Source of the DNA: Gammaproteobacteria bacterium
GTDB taxonomy: Bacteria; Pseudomonadota; Gammaproteobacteria; CAJXQU01
Direction of reading: 5' to 3'
NCBI GenBank assembly: GCA_965238175.1
Contig: CBDEGZ010000003.1
Coordinates: 2,816,001-2,880,000 of the forward strand
Length of the DNA: 64,000 nt
Shown here: positions 13,313-25,501 of the stretch, piece by piece
Layout: every line of letters starts with the position of its first letter
Position numbering within the stretch: position 1 is the stretch's first letter
Program-made: the position numbers and the translations under genes
Notes under the pieces: model-generated
Told to the model about the DNA's origin: nothing
Seen by the model: the letters and a program-made list of their open reading frames with translations, nothing else
Database searches by the model: none

Positions 13313-14628
13313 CAGGCCGCTTCTCCGCGATTAGCTTGCAACTTACTATGCCCGTGGATAATGTAATATTCGAATTCTGGCAAATAATGCTTAAGCATTC
13401 CCTGCACAGGCATTGCCGCCGCATCACCCAAAGCACAAATCGTTCTACCTGCTATTTTCCCGGCGATATCTTCAAGTTTTTCCAAGTCTTCCATCTCACC
13501 TTTGCCGTCTACAATTCGTGTCAACATGCGATACAACCAGCCTGTTCCCTCACGACATGGAGTGCATTGACCACAGGATTCAGCATAATAAAAACGAGAT
13601 AACCGCTGTAATACTTTAACCATATCAGTCGTGTCATCCATGACGATCACGGCACCCGATCCCAGCATTGATCCAACTTTTGTAATGGAATCGTAGTCCA
13701 TCGTTGTTTCCATCATTTGATTACCCGGAACAACGGGTACTGATGAACCACCGGGTATCACGGCTTTTAACGTTCGTCCGTTTCGCATACCTCCGGCTAG
13801 CTCTAACAAATCTTTAAATGACGTTCCCATCGGGATCTCAAAATTCCCTGGCTTAGCAACATGACCGCTGACTGAAAAGATCTTCGTTCCACCATTATTC
13901 GGAATACCCAGATCGAAAAACCATTGCGCGCCTTTCCTAAAGATCGTCGGAACAGATGCGAGAGATTCAGTATTATTGATCGTCGTTGGTCGTCCATATA
14001 AACCATAGCCCGCAGGGAAAGGTGGTTTAAAACGTGGCTGCCCTTTTTTACCTTCCAGAGATTCCAGCAATGCAGTTTCTTCACCACAGATATAGGCACC
14101 GGCACCTAATGTTCCGTGTAGATCAAAGTCAATGCCACTACCTTTTAAATTTTTGCCTAATAAACCTTCTTGATAGGCTTCTTGAAGTGCCTGATCAAAA
14201 CGCTTAAAAGGTTCATCCATAAACTCGCCACGCATATAGTTGTATCCAACTGTCGCACCGATGGCATAACCGGCAATCGCCATACCTTCAACTAGTGCAT
14301 GCGGATTAAAGCGCAAAATATCACGATCTTTACAGGTGCCTGGTTCACTCTCATCTGAATTACAAACGATATAACTCTGTTGATCATTTTTGGGCATAAA
14401 GCTCCATTTAACGCCGGTCGGAAAACCTGCGCCACCACGACCACGTAAACCCGAATCTTTTATGACTTCGATCAACGCATCTGGTGGTATTTTTTCACTG
14501 AGAATTTGATTCCACGCTTGATAACCACCTAACGAAGTGTAATTTTCCATTAGCCATGGTTCGGCAAACTGTAAGGTTTCAAAACAAGTTTGGTTGAGTA
14601 ATATATCTTTATCTTTTTCCTTACTCAT
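13312..14628 (-). CDS. nuoF: NADH-quinone oxidoreductase subunit F
   Basis: [36 protein letters not shown]. Confidence 0.97.
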   Translation of the reverse strand: MSKEKDKDILLNQTCFETLQFAEPWLMENYTSLGGYQAWNQILSEKIPPDALIEVIKDSGLRGRGGAGFPTGVKWSFMPKNDQQSYIVCNSDESEPGTCKDRDILRFNPHALVEGMAIAGYAIGATVGYNYMRGEFMDEPFKRFDQALQEAYQEGLLGKNLKGSGIDFDLHGTLGAGAYICGEETALLESLEGKKGQPRFKPPFPAGYGLYGRPTTINNTESLASVPTIFRKGAQWFFDLGIPNNGGTKIFSVSGHVAKPGNFEIPMGTSFKDLLELAGGMRNGRTLKAVIPGGSSVPVVPGNQMMETTMDYDSITKVGSMLGSGAVIVMDDTTDMVKVLQRLSRFYYAESCGQCTPCREGTGWLYRMLTRIVDGKGEMEDLEKLEDIAGKIAGRTICALGDAAAMPVQGMLKHYLPEFEYYIIHGHSKLQANRGEAA

Positions 14629-15143
14629 TTTAGATCGTCCAGGATTTGATCGACTTTTTCAGTGGTTAAATTCTCAAAGTAAACATGATCAACCATCATC
14701 ATCGGCGCACCACAACACGCGGCCAAACATTCTTCTTCTTGCTTAAGAAAAATCCGACCATCTTCTGTGGTTTTTCCAGTTTTTATCTTTAATTTTTTCT
14801 CAATATGATCAATTAAAGCATCCGCGCCATTCAACATACATGAAATATTATTACAAACAGAAACACTGTGACGTCCAACCGGTTCGGTTTCGAGCATAGA
14901 ATAAAAACTTGCCACTTCGTAAACGGCAATCTTTGACATATCAAGATATTCTGCAACAGCGTCCATTAATTCCACCGTTAAAAATCCTTTGTTCTCATGT
15001 TGCACTTCTTGTAATGCACCAAGAATGGCAGATTGTTTTTGATCAGCTGGAAACTTTTTCAAGCAGTTATCAATGACACTTTTCGCGTGATCAGAAATTA
15101 CCGATAGATTCATATTTGGGTTATCTGATTGGGAATGACTCAT
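14625..15143 (-). CDS. nuoE: NADH-quinone oxidoreductase subunit E
   Basis: YEVASFY; 2Fe-2S ligands CNNISC...ECLAAC. Confidence 0.95.
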   Translation of the reverse strand: MSHSQSDNPNMNLSVISDHAKSVIDNCLKKFPADQKQSAILGALQEVQHENKGFLTVELMDAVAEYLDMSKIAVYEVASFYSMLETEPVGRHSVSVCNNISCMLNGADALIDHIEKKLKIKTGKTTEDGRIFLKQEEECLAACCGAPMMMVDHVYFENLTTEKVDQILDDLK

Positions 15144-16393
15144 CGATCAATTTCTCCAAAAACGATATCTTGTGTTCCTATTACCGCAACAACATCCGCC
15201 AGCATATGACCTTTGACCATTTCATTGATTGCAGCAAGGTGTGCAAAACCGGCTGCACGGATTTTCACCCGGTAAGGCTTATTTGCACCATCGGAAATCA
15301 TATAGATCCCAAACTCGCCTTTGGGATGCTCAATCGCGGAATAGACTTCGCCTTCTGGTACACAATAACCTTCCGTGAATAATTTGAAATGATGGATTAA
15401 AGATTCCATATCACCTTTCATATCTTCACGTTTTGGTGGTATCAGCTTATAGTCATCCAAAATTACCGGTCCAGGATTTTCGTTTAACCAATCAACACAT
15501 TGCTTAATGATCTTATTTGACTGGCGCATCTCTTCGACGCGAACAAGATACCGATCATAGCAATCACCGTTTGTACCGACAGGAATATCAAAATCCATTA
15601 GATCATAAACTTCATAAGGTTGCTTTTTACGCAAATCCCATTCGATGCCAGAACCTCTGAGCATTGGCCCTGAAAAACCCATTTGTTTTGCACGTTCCGG
15701 TGTAACCACTCCAATATCAACAGTACGTTGTTTCCAAATTCGATTGTCCGTCAAAAGTGTTTCATATTCATCAACACAGGCAGGAAAACGACTGACAAAA
15801 TCATCTATAAAATCAAGTAAGCTGCCTTGACGATTTTCATTTAACTTTTTGACTCGACGTTTGCCTTTCCATTTTGATTCCTGATACTGCGGCATGCTAT
15901 CTGGGAGATCGCGATAGACTCCACCAGGTCGATAATAAGTGGCATGCATGCGAGTACCCGAGGCCGCTTCATAGCAGTCCATTAGATCTTCTCGTTCACG
16001 AAAGCAATACAAAAACATGGTCATCGCACCAACATCAAGCCCATGCGTACCTAGCCACATCAGATGGTTCAAAATGCGGGTAATCTCGTCAAACATAACA
16101 CGAATATATTGAGCACGGATCGGCGGTTCTACACCGAGTAATTTTTCAATCGCGGACACATATGCATGTTCGTTGCACATCATCGAAACATAATCGAGTC
16201 GATCCATATAACCGATACTTTGGTTGTACGGTTTACTCTCCGCCAACTTTTCCGTTCCTCGATGCAGTAAACCGATGTGCGGATCAGCTCGCTCAATCAC
16301 CTCACCATCCATCTCGAGAATCAAACGCAGAACACCATGCGCAGCAGGATGTTGAGGACCGAAATTTAAGGTCATGTTTTTGATCTCAGGCAT
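15140..16393 (-). CDS. nuoD: NADH-quinone oxidoreductase subunit D
   Basis: [24 protein letters not shown]-terminal GEIDR; start placed at MPEIKN. Confidence 0.97.
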   Translation of the reverse strand: MPEIKNMTLNFGPQHPAAHGVLRLILEMDGEVIERADPHIGLLHRGTEKLAESKPYNQSIGYMDRLDYVSMMCNEHAYVSAIEKLLGVEPPIRAQYIRVMFDEITRILNHLMWLGTHGLDVGAMTMFLYCFREREDLMDCYEAASGTRMHATYYRPGGVYRDLPDSMPQYQESKWKGKRRVKKLNENRQGSLLDFIDDFVSRFPACVDEYETLLTDNRIWKQRTVDIGVVTPERAKQMGFSGPMLRGSGIEWDLRKKQPYEVYDLMDFDIPVGTNGDCYDRYLVRVEEMRQSNKIIKQCVDWLNENPGPVILDDYKLIPPKREDMKGDMESLIHHFKLFTEGYCVPEGEVYSAIEHPKGEFGIYMISDGANKPYRVKIRAAGFAHLAAINEMVKGHMLADVVAVIGTQDIVFGEIDR

Positions 16394-17087
16394 GATCTTG
16401 ATCCTGTTCTTCTTCACTGGATAAACGATCATCTTTTCTGATCACGCGAGGAACTAATACGCGACTTTCGATGGTCACTGGTTGATAAATCACCCGACCC
16501 TTCTCTTCGTCATAACGAACTTCTACATTACCTTCCAACGGAAAATCCTTACGGAAAGGATGTCCAATAAAACCGTAATCTGTCAGGATCCGCCGTAAAT
16601 CAGGATGGCCATCAAATAAGATTCCAAACAGATCAAAAGCCTCTCTCTCATACCAGTCGGCAGAATTCCAGATTGAGACAACCGAAGGTAAAATTAACGA
16701 TTCATCTGCAACGAAAACACGTAAACGCAAACGTTGATTGTGTTTGAGAGACAGTAATTGGTAAACAACCGCATATCGCTTTTGTTCAAAATTATCTGTC
16801 GCTTTGTGCGAGGTCACACCGCGACTAAAACCAGAACTGGTTGCTTCTTGAGTCTGCCAGTCATCTTGACCATACGTTGAATAATCAACACCACTCAAAT
16901 CCATTAATTGTTCGAATTCGAAAGGTGTTTCGTCACGCAGAGCTGTAACCACCTCAATCAAATTACTAACGGAAACATCCAGGTTAATTTGATTCACACA
17001 AAGCTCACAATTATCAATTTGATCGGTAAATCTTTGTTCGAGCTGTGAACAAATTTGATCAATATTGGGCGCGACGGTAGAAGCCAT
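16386..17087 (-). CDS. nuoC: NADH-quinone oxidoreductase subunit C (not fused to D)
   Basis: [38 protein letters not shown]. Confidence 0.97.
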   Translation of the reverse strand: MASTVAPNIDQICSQLEQRFTDQIDNCELCVNQINLDVSVSNLIEVVTALRDETPFEFEQLMDLSGVDYSTYGQDDWQTQEATSSGFSRGVTSHKATDNFEQKRYAVVYQLLSLKHNQRLRLRVFVADESLILPSVVSIWNSADWYEREAFDLFGILFDGHPDLRRILTDYGFIGHPFRKDFPLEGNVEVRYDEEKGRVIYQPVTIESRVLVPRVIRKDDRLSSEEEQDQDHA

Positions 17088-17096
17088 TATTATTTA

Positions 17097-17603
17097 TTAT
17101 TCTTGGTTTGCCTGAGTGGGTTGAGCTGGTCGGGCGATTGTGTTCGTTCTTTTGATTTTCTTCTGTAATTGTAAAATCCCATACAACAGTGCTTCTGCTG
17201 TTGGTGGACATCCGGGCACATATACATCTACTGGGACAATACGATCACAACCTCGAACAACCGAATAAGAGTAATGATAATAACCGCCACCATTAGCACA
17301 TGACCCCATTGAGATCACCCAGCGAGGTTCGGCCATTTGGTCATACACTTTGCGTAATGCAGGCGCCATTTTATTAACCAGAGTTCCGGCAACTATCATC
17401 ACATCCGATTGTCTGGGGCTCGGTCGAAAAACCACTCCGAATCGATCCATATCATAGCGCGAGGCTCCAGCTTGCATCATCTCGACAGCACAACAAGCAA
17501 GACCAAACGTCATGGGCCATAATGATCCTGTTCGAGCCCAGTTGACAACATTATCAACGGAAGTTGTGACAAATCCTTCTTCTAAAACACCTTCTATTCC
17601 CAT
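17097..17603 (-). CDS. nuoB: NADH-quinone oxidoreductase subunit B
   Basis: [26 protein letters not shown]. Confidence 0.97.
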   Translation of the reverse strand: MGIEGVLEEGFVTTSVDNVVNWARTGSLWPMTFGLACCAVEMMQAGASRYDMDRFGVVFRPSPRQSDVMIVAGTLVNKMAPALRKVYDQMAEPRWVISMGSCANGGGYYHYSYSVVRGCDRIVPVDVYVPGCPPTAEALLYGILQLQKKIKRTNTIARPAQPTQANQE

Positions 17604-17950
17604 TCAAGTGCTCCTTTTTTCCATTCATAAATGAAACCAATCACCAAAATACCGAGAAAAATAAGCATCGCGACAAAACCGAACATTCCCAGTTCGTCTA
17701 AGACTGTAGCCCAGGGAAACAGAAAAGCAATTTCCAGATCAAAAATAATAAATAAGATGGCGACAAGATAATAACGAACATCAAACTTCATTCGTGCATC
17801 TTCGAATGCTTCAAAACCACATTCGTAAGGAGAGTTTTTTTCTTTATCAGGTTTTGTTGGGCCAATTAAATGCCCAAACGCAAGGGATACGATACCAATG
17901 ACGGTTGATACGCCAAGAAAAATTAACACCGGTATGTATTGTTCAAGCAT
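17594..17950 (-). CDS. nuoA: NADH-quinone oxidoreductase subunit A
   Basis: [29 protein letters not shown]. Confidence 0.97.
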   Translation of the reverse strand: MLEQYIPVLIFLGVSTVIGIVSLAFGHLIGPTKPDKEKNSPYECGFEAFEDARMKFDVRYYLVAILFIIFDLEIAFLFPWATVLDELGMFGFVAMLIFLGILVIGFIYEWKKGALEWE

Positions 17951-18052
17951 GGTTTGTAACGTGCACCCTCACACGAAATCTTATCTTGCTCAATTATTAA
18001 TGACAATCTCGATAAAAGAAACAGAGATATTCCACAATTGAAACACTCAAAA

Positions 18053-18137
18053 TGGTGCCGATGGCCGGAGTCGAACCGGCACGGCTTACGCCACTACCCC
18101 CTCAAGATAGCGTGTCTACCAATTCCACCACATCGGC
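18053..18137 (-). tRNA. tRNA-Leu(GAG)
   Basis: GCCGATGTGGTGGAATTGGTAGACACGCTATCTTGAGGGGGTAG...GGTTCGACTCCGGCCATCGGCACCA; 85 nt, long variable arm, CCA end; typical secG-tRNA-Leu-nuoA context. Confidence 0.95.
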
Positions 18138-18148
18138 AAGTATTCTAG

Positions 18149-18529
18149 TTATTCTGGAACAACCGGCAGATCGGATTGGCCTGTTTGTTCTGGCATTACA
18201 GGAACATCTATTTTTTGTTCAACTTCTGATGTATCAAGAACTTTTTGATCCATCACATCTGTTTTTTCCACTGTTTCCATCAAACTTTCTCCCTCAACAC
18301 CTGTAGTTGAAAGATACGACAGGAAAAAACTGTTGGCAAAAAAGACAAATGCCAAAATACCCGTCGCTCGTGTTAGAAAAGATGTTGAACCCGATGCACC
18401 AAATACTGTTGAAGATGCGCCGCTACCAAAAGCAGCGCCAGCATCGGCACCTTTGCCATGTTGGATCAAAATCAGGCCAATTAAAGATAAGGCCATTAGT
18501 ACATGTAAAATTAATAAAATAGACTGCAT
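18149..18529 (-). CDS. secG: preprotein translocase subunit SecG
   Basis: LIQHGKGADAGAAFGSGASSTVFG. Confidence 0.96.
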   Translation of the reverse strand: MQSILLILHVLMALSLIGLILIQHGKGADAGAAFGSGASSTVFGASGSTSFLTRATGILAFVFFANSFFLSYLSTTGVEGESLMETVEKTDVMDQKVLDTSEVEQKIDVPVMPEQTGQSDLPVVPE

Positions 18530-18553
18530 TACTTACTCCATTATGCCTTACTG

Positions 18554-19315
18554 CTATACTACTGCCGCCTGGCAAATTCCAAGGAAATCTTCAGGTTTGA
18601 GGGCAGCACCACCTATTAACCCACCATCGATGTCTTTCATCGCAAATATTTCTGCGGCATTCTCTGGTTTGACACTACCACCATACAAAATACGTATTTG
18701 CTCAGCCACTACGCGTTCTTCTTCGTATTCTGCCACTAAATCTCGTATAAAACTATGTACTTCCTGTGCTTGATCTGGAGTTGCGGTTAATCCAGTACCA
18801 ATTGCCCAAACAGGCTCATAAGCAATTACTGCTTTTTTGAATCCTTCTGCTCCTACCTTGTCTAAAACTGCGCGCATTTGTTGACTAATCACATCTTCCA
18901 TTTTGCCACTCTCACGCTCTTCAAAAGATTCGCCAACACATAAAATGGGGACTAAACCAGAGGCTTGTGTCTGGATATATTTCTCCGCAACCAAATCACT
19001 CTTTTCACCATATAAACTACGTCTTTCTGAATGGCCAAGAATGGCATAATGACAGCCAATGTCATTCAACATTGCACATGATACTTCACCTGTATACGCA
19101 CCTTCATTTTCATTCGAAGCATTTTGAGCACCCAATGAAATGGGACAATCATCTATCAAATTTGAAACATATTCGAGATAAATAAATGAGGGGCAAATCG
19201 CAATTTCTACTTGCTCTAAACCTGTGATCCCGCTTTTAATTCCATTAACCAACGGATCAATAGTCGAAAGAGTTCCGTTCATCTTCCAGTTACCTGCTAC
19301 CAGTGGTTTACGCAC
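18554..19315 (-). CDS. tpiA: triosephosphate isomerase
   Basis: AGNWKMN, GHSERR, AYEPVWAIGTG, LYGGSVK. Confidence 0.98.
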   Translation of the reverse strand: MRKPLVAGNWKMNGTLSTIDPLVNGIKSGITGLEQVEIAICPSFIYLEYVSNLIDDCPISLGAQNASNENEGAYTGEVSCAMLNDIGCHYAILGHSERRSLYGEKSDLVAEKYIQTQASGLVPILCVGESFEERESGKMEDVISQQMRAVLDKVGAEGFKKAVIAYEPVWAIGTGLTATPDQAQEVHSFIRDLVAEYEEERVVAEQIRILYGGSVKPENAAEIFAMKDIDGGLIGGAALKPEDFLGICQAAVV

Positions 19316-19536
19316 TCTATTAGAACCTCACTTTTTCAGACCACAATTACCAAGGATTAAGATGCGGCGGCAAGCATACCGTCTGGAACATGGGAAATCA
19401 ATTCCAAATCTCTTAGTGTTAAAACTAGAGCCTCTTCTTTGCTAATTTTATTTTAGTCTAAAAAGAAGATCTGACGTTTTACATAAAAATAAAACTCGTA
19501 CAAACCAGCCTTACTTTTGTATGAAATTATTGGAAC

Positions 19537-20223
19537 CTATTTAGGGACAAGACTCTTTATTACACTGGGTATGCCTTTCGCAACATCGATCCATTCAGCA
19601 ACAGTCTCAGTGTCAGGCACCGATGGTGTTCTACGCTCATCAGTATTCACACTGACCATCCTTCTCGCTAAACTTGATGCCTCCTGCCGTGCCAATTCTC
19701 CGATAGAAGCCATACCAGAAGCTTCAAGTAATTCAGCATATTGGCCATGGATACCCGGCACTCGCATCATATCTGACATACTGACCCATTTACCTACAAC
19801 AAATGGTTCGACCTTAACCGTTTTAGATACTTCAGCTTGTTTCGATGCCTCGCAACATTCGCTTAGCAATTGTTCTGTTGTTGCAATATTGATCGAACGT
19901 AACCTTTCGCCATAAACGGAACCGATACCTTCTATCTCTTCCACTGGATATGGCCATTCATTTTGATCACTTTCTACACTGGGTTGACTGACCAAGGTAA
20001 CGGCACCTCCAGCATTAGCTATCAAATTACTCATGTAATTATTGAATTCAGCTCGGTAAGTATCACGTTCTATTTCCAGGTTAGTTAAGTTATGTAGATA
20101 TTCGTCTTCCAACTCTAAAAATCTACGATCACAAGCTATTTTTTTTAACCACCAACCAATTATTACCCCAATTAATGCCGCCAGCATAAGAAAAACTAAT
20201 ATCTGAGCAACTAAATATCCCAT
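19537..20223 (-). CDS. membrane-anchored DUF4332-like (helix-hairpin-helix) protein
   Basis: N-terminal TM; IEGIG..Y.ERL...I.T, DMMRVPGI..QYAELLEASG, P...TV..WI..AK. Confidence 0.75.
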   Translation of the reverse strand: MGYLVAQILVFLMLAALIGVIIGWWLKKIACDRRFLELEDEYLHNLTNLEIERDTYRAEFNNYMSNLIANAGGAVTLVSQPSVESDQNEWPYPVEEIEGIGSVYGERLRSINIATTEQLLSECCEASKQAEVSKTVKVEPFVVGKWVSMSDMMRVPGIHGQYAELLEASGMASIGELARQEASSLARRMVSVNTDERRTPSVPDTETVAEWIDVAKGIPSVIKSLVPK

Positions 20224-20226
20224 GAA

Positions 20227-21510
20227 CTATTTCCTCTGAACATTGAATTCAATACGACGATTCTTTGTCATTCCTTTTTCAGTTGAGTTATCCACTAATG
20301 GTCGTAGTTCTCCATATCCGACAGCCTTAAGATTTTTTGATGCGACACCTTTCTCTTGTAAATACTTTACGACTGCCTTCGCGCGCAATTCACTCAAATA
20401 TTGATTATAGGATTCATCACCCTGATCATCCGTATGCCCAGCAATCTCAAGCTTAGTTCTCGAACATTCTTTTATTGCAACGTAAGCTAATCGATCAAGT
20501 AGAACATAACTTTCCAATTTAATATCCGCTTGACCAAAATCAAATAAGATCTGGTTATTTTTGAGTAAATTATTAAATTTCTGCTGGCATGTCTTGGTCG
20601 TACTATCAGATACTGAAGTTTTACCAGCAGGTGTCGTTATATCGTAGCTTATACCCATTTTACTGGTGTCTACATTATCATCTACTTTTTCTATTTTCGA
20701 TTTAAGCTCTGTTGACGATACCTGTCCCGATATAAGCATTTTTGAACCACTTAACACAGCTTTTCCCTTTTCAAATAATGCAAGTTTCCTCAGAGAAGTA
20801 CTGACTGCAGAATACCAACTTTGAGGTTCACCGGTAGCTACCGTCATTAAATCAGTTACATTTTCCTCTGCATATTTTTCGATCGCAAGATCTGTTAACC
20901 AGACTCTAGCAGATTGATCAGGAACATGCCCTTTCAAAACGATTTTGCCAAAATCATAAATAATCTCCGTCTGATAGTTCTCTATTGCTGAAGGCATCTT
21001 CTGTGCAGGTTGGCTATCTAATGGTTGAGGAGCTTTGACCATATAGGTTGGAATTGGATCAGACTCTTCAACCTCTATATTGAACTCAGCTGTATGAAGG
21101 GCATCAAGACTATCATTTTGAGGATCTTTAGCATGCAAACTATCCGCTTTATGCTCTCGGGTCGAATCTAATTCAGTTTGCTGAAGGGTTACTTTTTCAG
21201 ACGTCTGAGTTGAACTTTGAGCTGTATTGGCTAGAGAAAGTGTTATCTGATTATTTACACTACGGACACCGATGGTCGTACTTGCTAACTCGACCGCTCT
21301 TTCTCTTGATACTTCGTTGGGTGCAATACCAGTAAGAATAAGATCACGACCATCAATACCCACTTTGGTATATCCCACACCTCCGGTCATAAGTGCATGC
21401 TTAGCCCGTGTTATAAGATCATCTTCAATCCTTGGGGTATGTTTGTTTACACATAAAAAAGCAAGAACTGTTAATGCAATAAAACCGAGAACAACAAGTA
21501 ACCTTCCCAT
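20227..21510 (-). CDS. BON-domain/OmpA-family membrane-anchored protein
   Basis: N-terminal TM; BON-like IDGRDLILTG...GVRSVNNQI; C-terminal IAGHTD...N..LSE.RA..V...NRRIEF. Confidence 0.85.
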   Translation of the reverse strand: MGRLLVVLGFIALTVLAFLCVNKHTPRIEDDLITRAKHALMTGGVGYTKVGIDGRDLILTGIAPNEVSRERAVELASTTIGVRSVNNQITLSLANTAQSSTQTSEKVTLQQTELDSTREHKADSLHAKDPQNDSLDALHTAEFNIEVEESDPIPTYMVKAPQPLDSQPAQKMPSAIENYQTEIIYDFGKIVLKGHVPDQSARVWLTDLAIEKYAEENVTDLMTVATGEPQSWYSAVSTSLRKLALFEKGKAVLSGSKMLISGQVSSTELKSKIEKVDDNVDTSKMGISYDITTPAGKTSVSDSTTKTCQQKFNNLLKNNQILFDFGQADIKLESYVLLDRLAYVAIKECSRTKLEIAGHTDDQGDESYNQYLSELRAKAVVKYLQEKGVASKNLKAVGYGELRPLVDNSTEKGMTKNRRIEFNVQRK

Positions 21511-21655
21511 TTACTCTCCCTAGAATGGTACTGAGTTTTAATAAAACCACTTTTCACTCAGGGATACTGCCCTCTTTACCTAAATTTTTCAAGCAAGTTT
21601 AACCTCCTGAAAACTATCTAGAGGGGGGCTTACAAAGACAAAGTAAAAGTTCGAG

Positions 21656-22474
21656 CTATTCTGGGGCGACCTTAAATACTTTAGAAAATTTACGACCTTT
21701 TGAATCTTCCATTTCTGCTTTTAGTTCACCTTCTTCATCAGGATTAAAAAAGAAGCGAAAGCTAGGATCCTGACTAATAGAAATGTCTGTCTCTGCCGTC
21801 ATGATGTGGGTATCGTTGTAACTGATCATTACTTTTGTCACATAATCCGGAGGAATAATGGAGCGTGTTCGTTGATCAAGTTGTAAGCCATTAACATTAG
21901 GGTGTCGAATACGTAATTGGCCTAAAGTACCTTCCTCATTATTGGAACCAAAAGATCGAAAATTCATTTCTCCAATGTGCTTTTTCGCTTCTTGAAGCTC
22001 TAAAAAGGGTGGCGGTAATGAACAACCACCACTTGCCCGAACAAATTTCGTATCCATATATAACTCGCCAGTATTCAATTCAGCAACCGCCCTTACACTC
22101 GTGTACTGATCAATTCTGATACGCATCGCAAGATCGGCCTTACCCATCTCTGGAGTAAGCCTGAAAGTGCCTGCTAAAGGTTCAGGATTATTATCTGCGA
22201 ATAGATAAATTGTTTTAATATAACGATCTTTAGTTTGTGGGATTTGAGCATTGACGCTTACGGGTACAACAGCAGCATCTTCTGCTCGATACGGTACATT
22301 CAACTGAACTATAGATTCGCCTTCATGCAGCGTTTTGTCTTGAAAATGTTTTGGTTTAATAAAGGCAGTCCAAACATCAATAGTGGATTGATCTTTTTCT
22401 ACTGAAAGACCTGCAATCGGCAAAAGAGTAGTGATTGATAAGAAACTCAAGAAAAACAACCGTAAAAACTTCAT
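21656..22474 (-). CDS. fused SoxYZ-like carrier (quinoprotein dehydrogenase-associated type)
   Basis: Signal peptide; PYRAEDAAVVPV, DNNPEP, VRASGGCS, then IRHPN..G.Q.D and SISQDPSFRF. Confidence 0.8.
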   Translation of the reverse strand: MKFLRLFFLSFLSITTLLPIAGLSVEKDQSTIDVWTAFIKPKHFQDKTLHEGESIVQLNVPYRAEDAAVVPVSVNAQIPQTKDRYIKTIYLFADNNPEPLAGTFRLTPEMGKADLAMRIRIDQYTSVRAVAELNTGELYMDTKFVRASGGCSLPPPFLELQEAKKHIGEMNFRSFGSNNEEGTLGQLRIRHPNVNGLQLDQRTRSIIPPDYVTKVMISYNDTHIMTAETDISISQDPSFRFFFNPDEEGELKAEMEDSKGRKFSKVFKVAPE

Positions 22475-22615
22475 AGCACACTCTCCATATTTCTATGCTG
22501 TATATTAAAACCTTCGTTGTTACTTAAGTATCGGCCAATCAAAAAAGAATATATATATATCTAAAGGTCTATTCCCTATGGTTTGTTAAGAGTGACTGTA
22601 TTAAACACCTGAAAA

Positions 22616-24319
22616 TCAGGCGTTTTTCAATTCTTCTTCTGTCATGTGATGCTTAGGGTTAACAGGTTTCATGAACATATTTGCAAGTAAAGCAATAAAC
22701 AACAATGCCGCCATTAAATACATCGTTTGATTGTAGAGACTAGAAGTTGGATCAACCGTCCCTACAGGTGAAATCTCCATTAACTTAGAAATGGTGACTG
22801 TTTTTGTTTCGACTAGTTTATCTAACTGATCAGCTCCTGCCCCAAAAGTCGTTTGAAATTTGGATGGGTCAATATTTTCTACTAGACCTTTTATCGCATT
22901 AATCACTGAATTTTCTCGTAGTGAAGTAATGGCCAATGGTCCAAGAACCCCAGCTGTACTCCAAGCAGTCAATAATCGTCCATGGATACCTCCGACATAT
23001 TTTGTTCCAAAAATATCTGCTAGATAGGCAGGAATTGTTGCAAAGCCACCGCCATACATTGTGAAAATGATCATGGTTGCACCATAGAAAAGCACTAGCC
23101 ACATAATTGATGGGCTAACACTGACCTGTTGGGCAAAATAAGGGATCGAACTATAAAGAAGTATACCTAATCCAAAAAAGATGAAGTAGGTCATTTTACG
23201 ACCAATATAATCAGATATACTCGCCCAGAAGAAACGCCCCACCATATTAAACAAACTCAACATCAGTACATACGTGGCAGCAAATTCAAGATCAACGATG
23301 TCCGGTAATGTTGATCCAAAAATTTCTGTAACCATCGTTTTTGCAACAGCAATTACACCAATACCTGCAGTTACATTAAGGCATAACATAATCCATAGCT
23401 GATAAAACTGTGGTGTTTTGAGTGCCTGATCAATATGTACGTGATGCTGTGTGATCATACCTTGTTTGGCCGTTTCTTTAGGTGGCTCCCAACCTTGTGG
23501 TTTCCAACCTTCTGTTGGGATACGGTAAGAAAACGCTGATATCAACATTATGACAAAATAAACGGCACCTAAAGTGAAAAATGTTTCAGCCACTCCAACT
23601 GTTCCTGTTCCTGCAAGGTAAACACCTTCTGGGCCCGGCACTAGCATACTAGCAACATCATTTCCTCCAATGACAACCGCTTCTTTCATCTGGCCACCCA
23701 CTTCGACCATCCTTCGTCCAGCTTCAGTCACCAGGTTAATGCTATCCACTGAACCTAGATATTCAGGGGCTTGATAAAAGGATTTCATAATTGGCCCAAT
23801 CAAAAATTTGGCTATCATCGCGCCACCACCAAAACCCATGATCGCAATTCCAGTCGCCATACCACGTCTATCTGGAAACCAGCGAATCAAGGTACTCACA
23901 GGAGAAACATAACCAAGACCAAGACCACAACCACCAATCACCCCATAACCTAAATAAAGTAACCAAAGATCACCTGAGAGAATACCTAGTCCTCCAACGA
24001 GAAAACCTCCTCCCCAACAAAATGCTGCAACGGTTCCCACCTTTCTTGGCCCTACCTTTTCGAGCCATTTTCCAGCAATAGCTGCCGATAAACCTAGAAA
24101 AACAATTGCAACTGTAAAGATCCATACAACACTTTTTAAAGACCAATCATCCGCTGCACTGGTCACCACACCAATACGTTTGATTAATGCTGGATTAAAA
24201 AGGCTCCATGCATAAACAGAACCGATACAAAGGTGAATTCCTAAAGCGGCTGGTGCTATTAACCAGCGATTAAAATCAGGCTTTGCGACAATTCGTTCTT
24301 TTGAAAGTAAACCGGACAT
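22616..24319 (-). CDS. OFA (oxalate/formate antiporter) family MFS transporter
   Basis: HLCIGSVYAWS, WFPDRRGMATG.AIMGFGGG, YGGGFATIPAYLADIFGT...IHGRLLTAWS. Confidence 0.88.
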   Translation of the reverse strand: MSGLLSKERIVAKPDFNRWLIAPAALGIHLCIGSVYAWSLFNPALIKRIGVVTSAADDWSLKSVVWIFTVAIVFLGLSAAIAGKWLEKVGPRKVGTVAAFCWGGGFLVGGLGILSGDLWLLYLGYGVIGGCGLGLGYVSPVSTLIRWFPDRRGMATGIAIMGFGGGAMIAKFLIGPIMKSFYQAPEYLGSVDSINLVTEAGRRMVEVGGQMKEAVVIGGNDVASMLVPGPEGVYLAGTGTVGVAETFFTLGAVYFVIMLISAFSYRIPTEGWKPQGWEPPKETAKQGMITQHHVHIDQALKTPQFYQLWIMLCLNVTAGIGVIAVAKTMVTEIFGSTLPDIVDLEFAATYVLMLSLFNMVGRFFWASISDYIGRKMTYFIFFGLGILLYSSIPYFAQQVSVSPSIMWLVLFYGATMIIFTMYGGGFATIPAYLADIFGTKYVGGIHGRLLTAWSTAGVLGPLAITSLRENSVINAIKGLVENIDPSKFQTTFGAGADQLDKLVETKTVTISKLMEISPVGTVDPTSSLYNQTMYLMAALLFIALLANMFMKPVNPKHHMTEEELKNA

Positions 24320-24493
24320 CTGCGAGACTCCTGTGGAATTATTGTTAGTATTATTATATTAGTTTATAGCTTTCTTGGGGGATGAACTTCTTACGCAGGA
24401 TAGATCTACCCCTTTGTTTAGTGACAAAATGAGAGTGACGAATCCGAGTGATTATGTCAAGCACTATCCCTAAGTCTGGAGTATAATTTTGTT

Positions 24494-25501
24494 ATGGATA
24501 AAAATGAATTTGACTCTCCTTTAACTGATTCTTTTGGTCGGACTGTGTCTTATGTCAGGATCTCTGTTACGGATCGATGTGATTTCCGTTGTGTTTATTG
24601 CATGAGTGAAGACATGCAATTTGTACCACGAGCACAAGTTTTAACATTGGAAGAATTGAGCCTCATCGCACGTGCATTTTCAGAACTTCAAGTAAGCAAG
24701 ATTAGAATCACCGGTGGCGAACCACTGGTACGCAAAAATGTCATCCAGTTATTTAACAATATTGGAAAGCTTCCTGGCGTCGATGAATTAGTGCTCACAA
24801 CTAACGGATCACAATTACCCCACCTGGCCGCTGATTTAAAAACCGCTGGTGTCAAACGTATTAATATTAGTCTGGATACACTTAAGGTAGACAAATTCCG
24901 AGAACTCACACGCGTTGGCGATCTAACAAAGGTTTTGGCTGGAATTGATGCTGCACTCGACGCCAAGTTTCAAAAAGTTAAGCTCAATTCGGTCATCCTA
25001 AAAAATCGAAATGATGATGAGGTGACAGATCTCGTCAAATTCGCCATTGAACGAGAAATGGATATCAGTTTTATAGAAGAAATGCCACTTGGTGAAATAG
25101 ATGATCACAATCGACAAGAAACTTTCTACTCTAGCGACGAGATCAAGCATGAACTAGGTAAGACATTTGATCTTATCTCGACAACAGAAAAAACTAATGG
25201 ACCTTCACGTTACCTCAAAATTCCAAACACTAAAACTCGTGTTGGTTTTATCTCTCCGCACAGTCATAACTTTTGTGCAGATTGTAATCGTGTCCGAGTC
25301 ACTGCAGAAGGCCGGTTATTATTATGCCTCGGCCAAGAACATTCCGTCGATCTAAGAAAAATCATTCGATCAAATCCTGGTGACCTACAAAAGTTAAAAA
25401 CAGCCATTAGAGAATCTATGAAAATCAAACCTGAAGGTCATAATTTTGATCTCAGTGTAAAACCCATTTTGTTCCGACACATGAACAACACTGGTGGCTG
25501 A
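24494..25501 (+). CDS. moaA: GTP 3',8-cyclase (molybdenum cofactor biosynthesis)
   Basis: RISVTDRCDFRCVYCM radical-SAM motif, FCADCNRVR, C-terminal GG. Confidence 0.95.
   Translation: MDKNEFDSPLTDSFGRTVSYVRISVTDRCDFRCVYCMSEDMQFVPRAQVLTLEELSLIARAFSELQVSKIRITGGEPLVRKNVIQLFNNIGKLPGVDELVLTTNGSQLPHLAADLKTAGVKRINISLDTLKVDKFRELTRVGDLTKVLAGIDAALDAKFQKVKLNSVILKNRNDDEVTDLVKFAIEREMDISFIEEMPLGEIDDHNRQETFYSSDEIKHELGKTFDLISTTEKTNGPSRYLKIPNTKTRVGFISPHSHNFCADCNRVRVTAEGRLLLCLGQEHSVDLRKIIRSNPGDLQKLKTAIRESMKIKPEGHNFDLSVKPILFRHMNNTGG

Noticed and set aside
18052-18306. ORF MVPMAGVEPAR...
   Set aside because: Antisense translation of tRNA-Leu and secG.
235-19915. Short antisense and overlapping ORFs within aroC, nuo, secG and tpiA (similar ones occur inside the IS copies)
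   Set aside because: Shadow frames of well-supported genes with no independent motifs.
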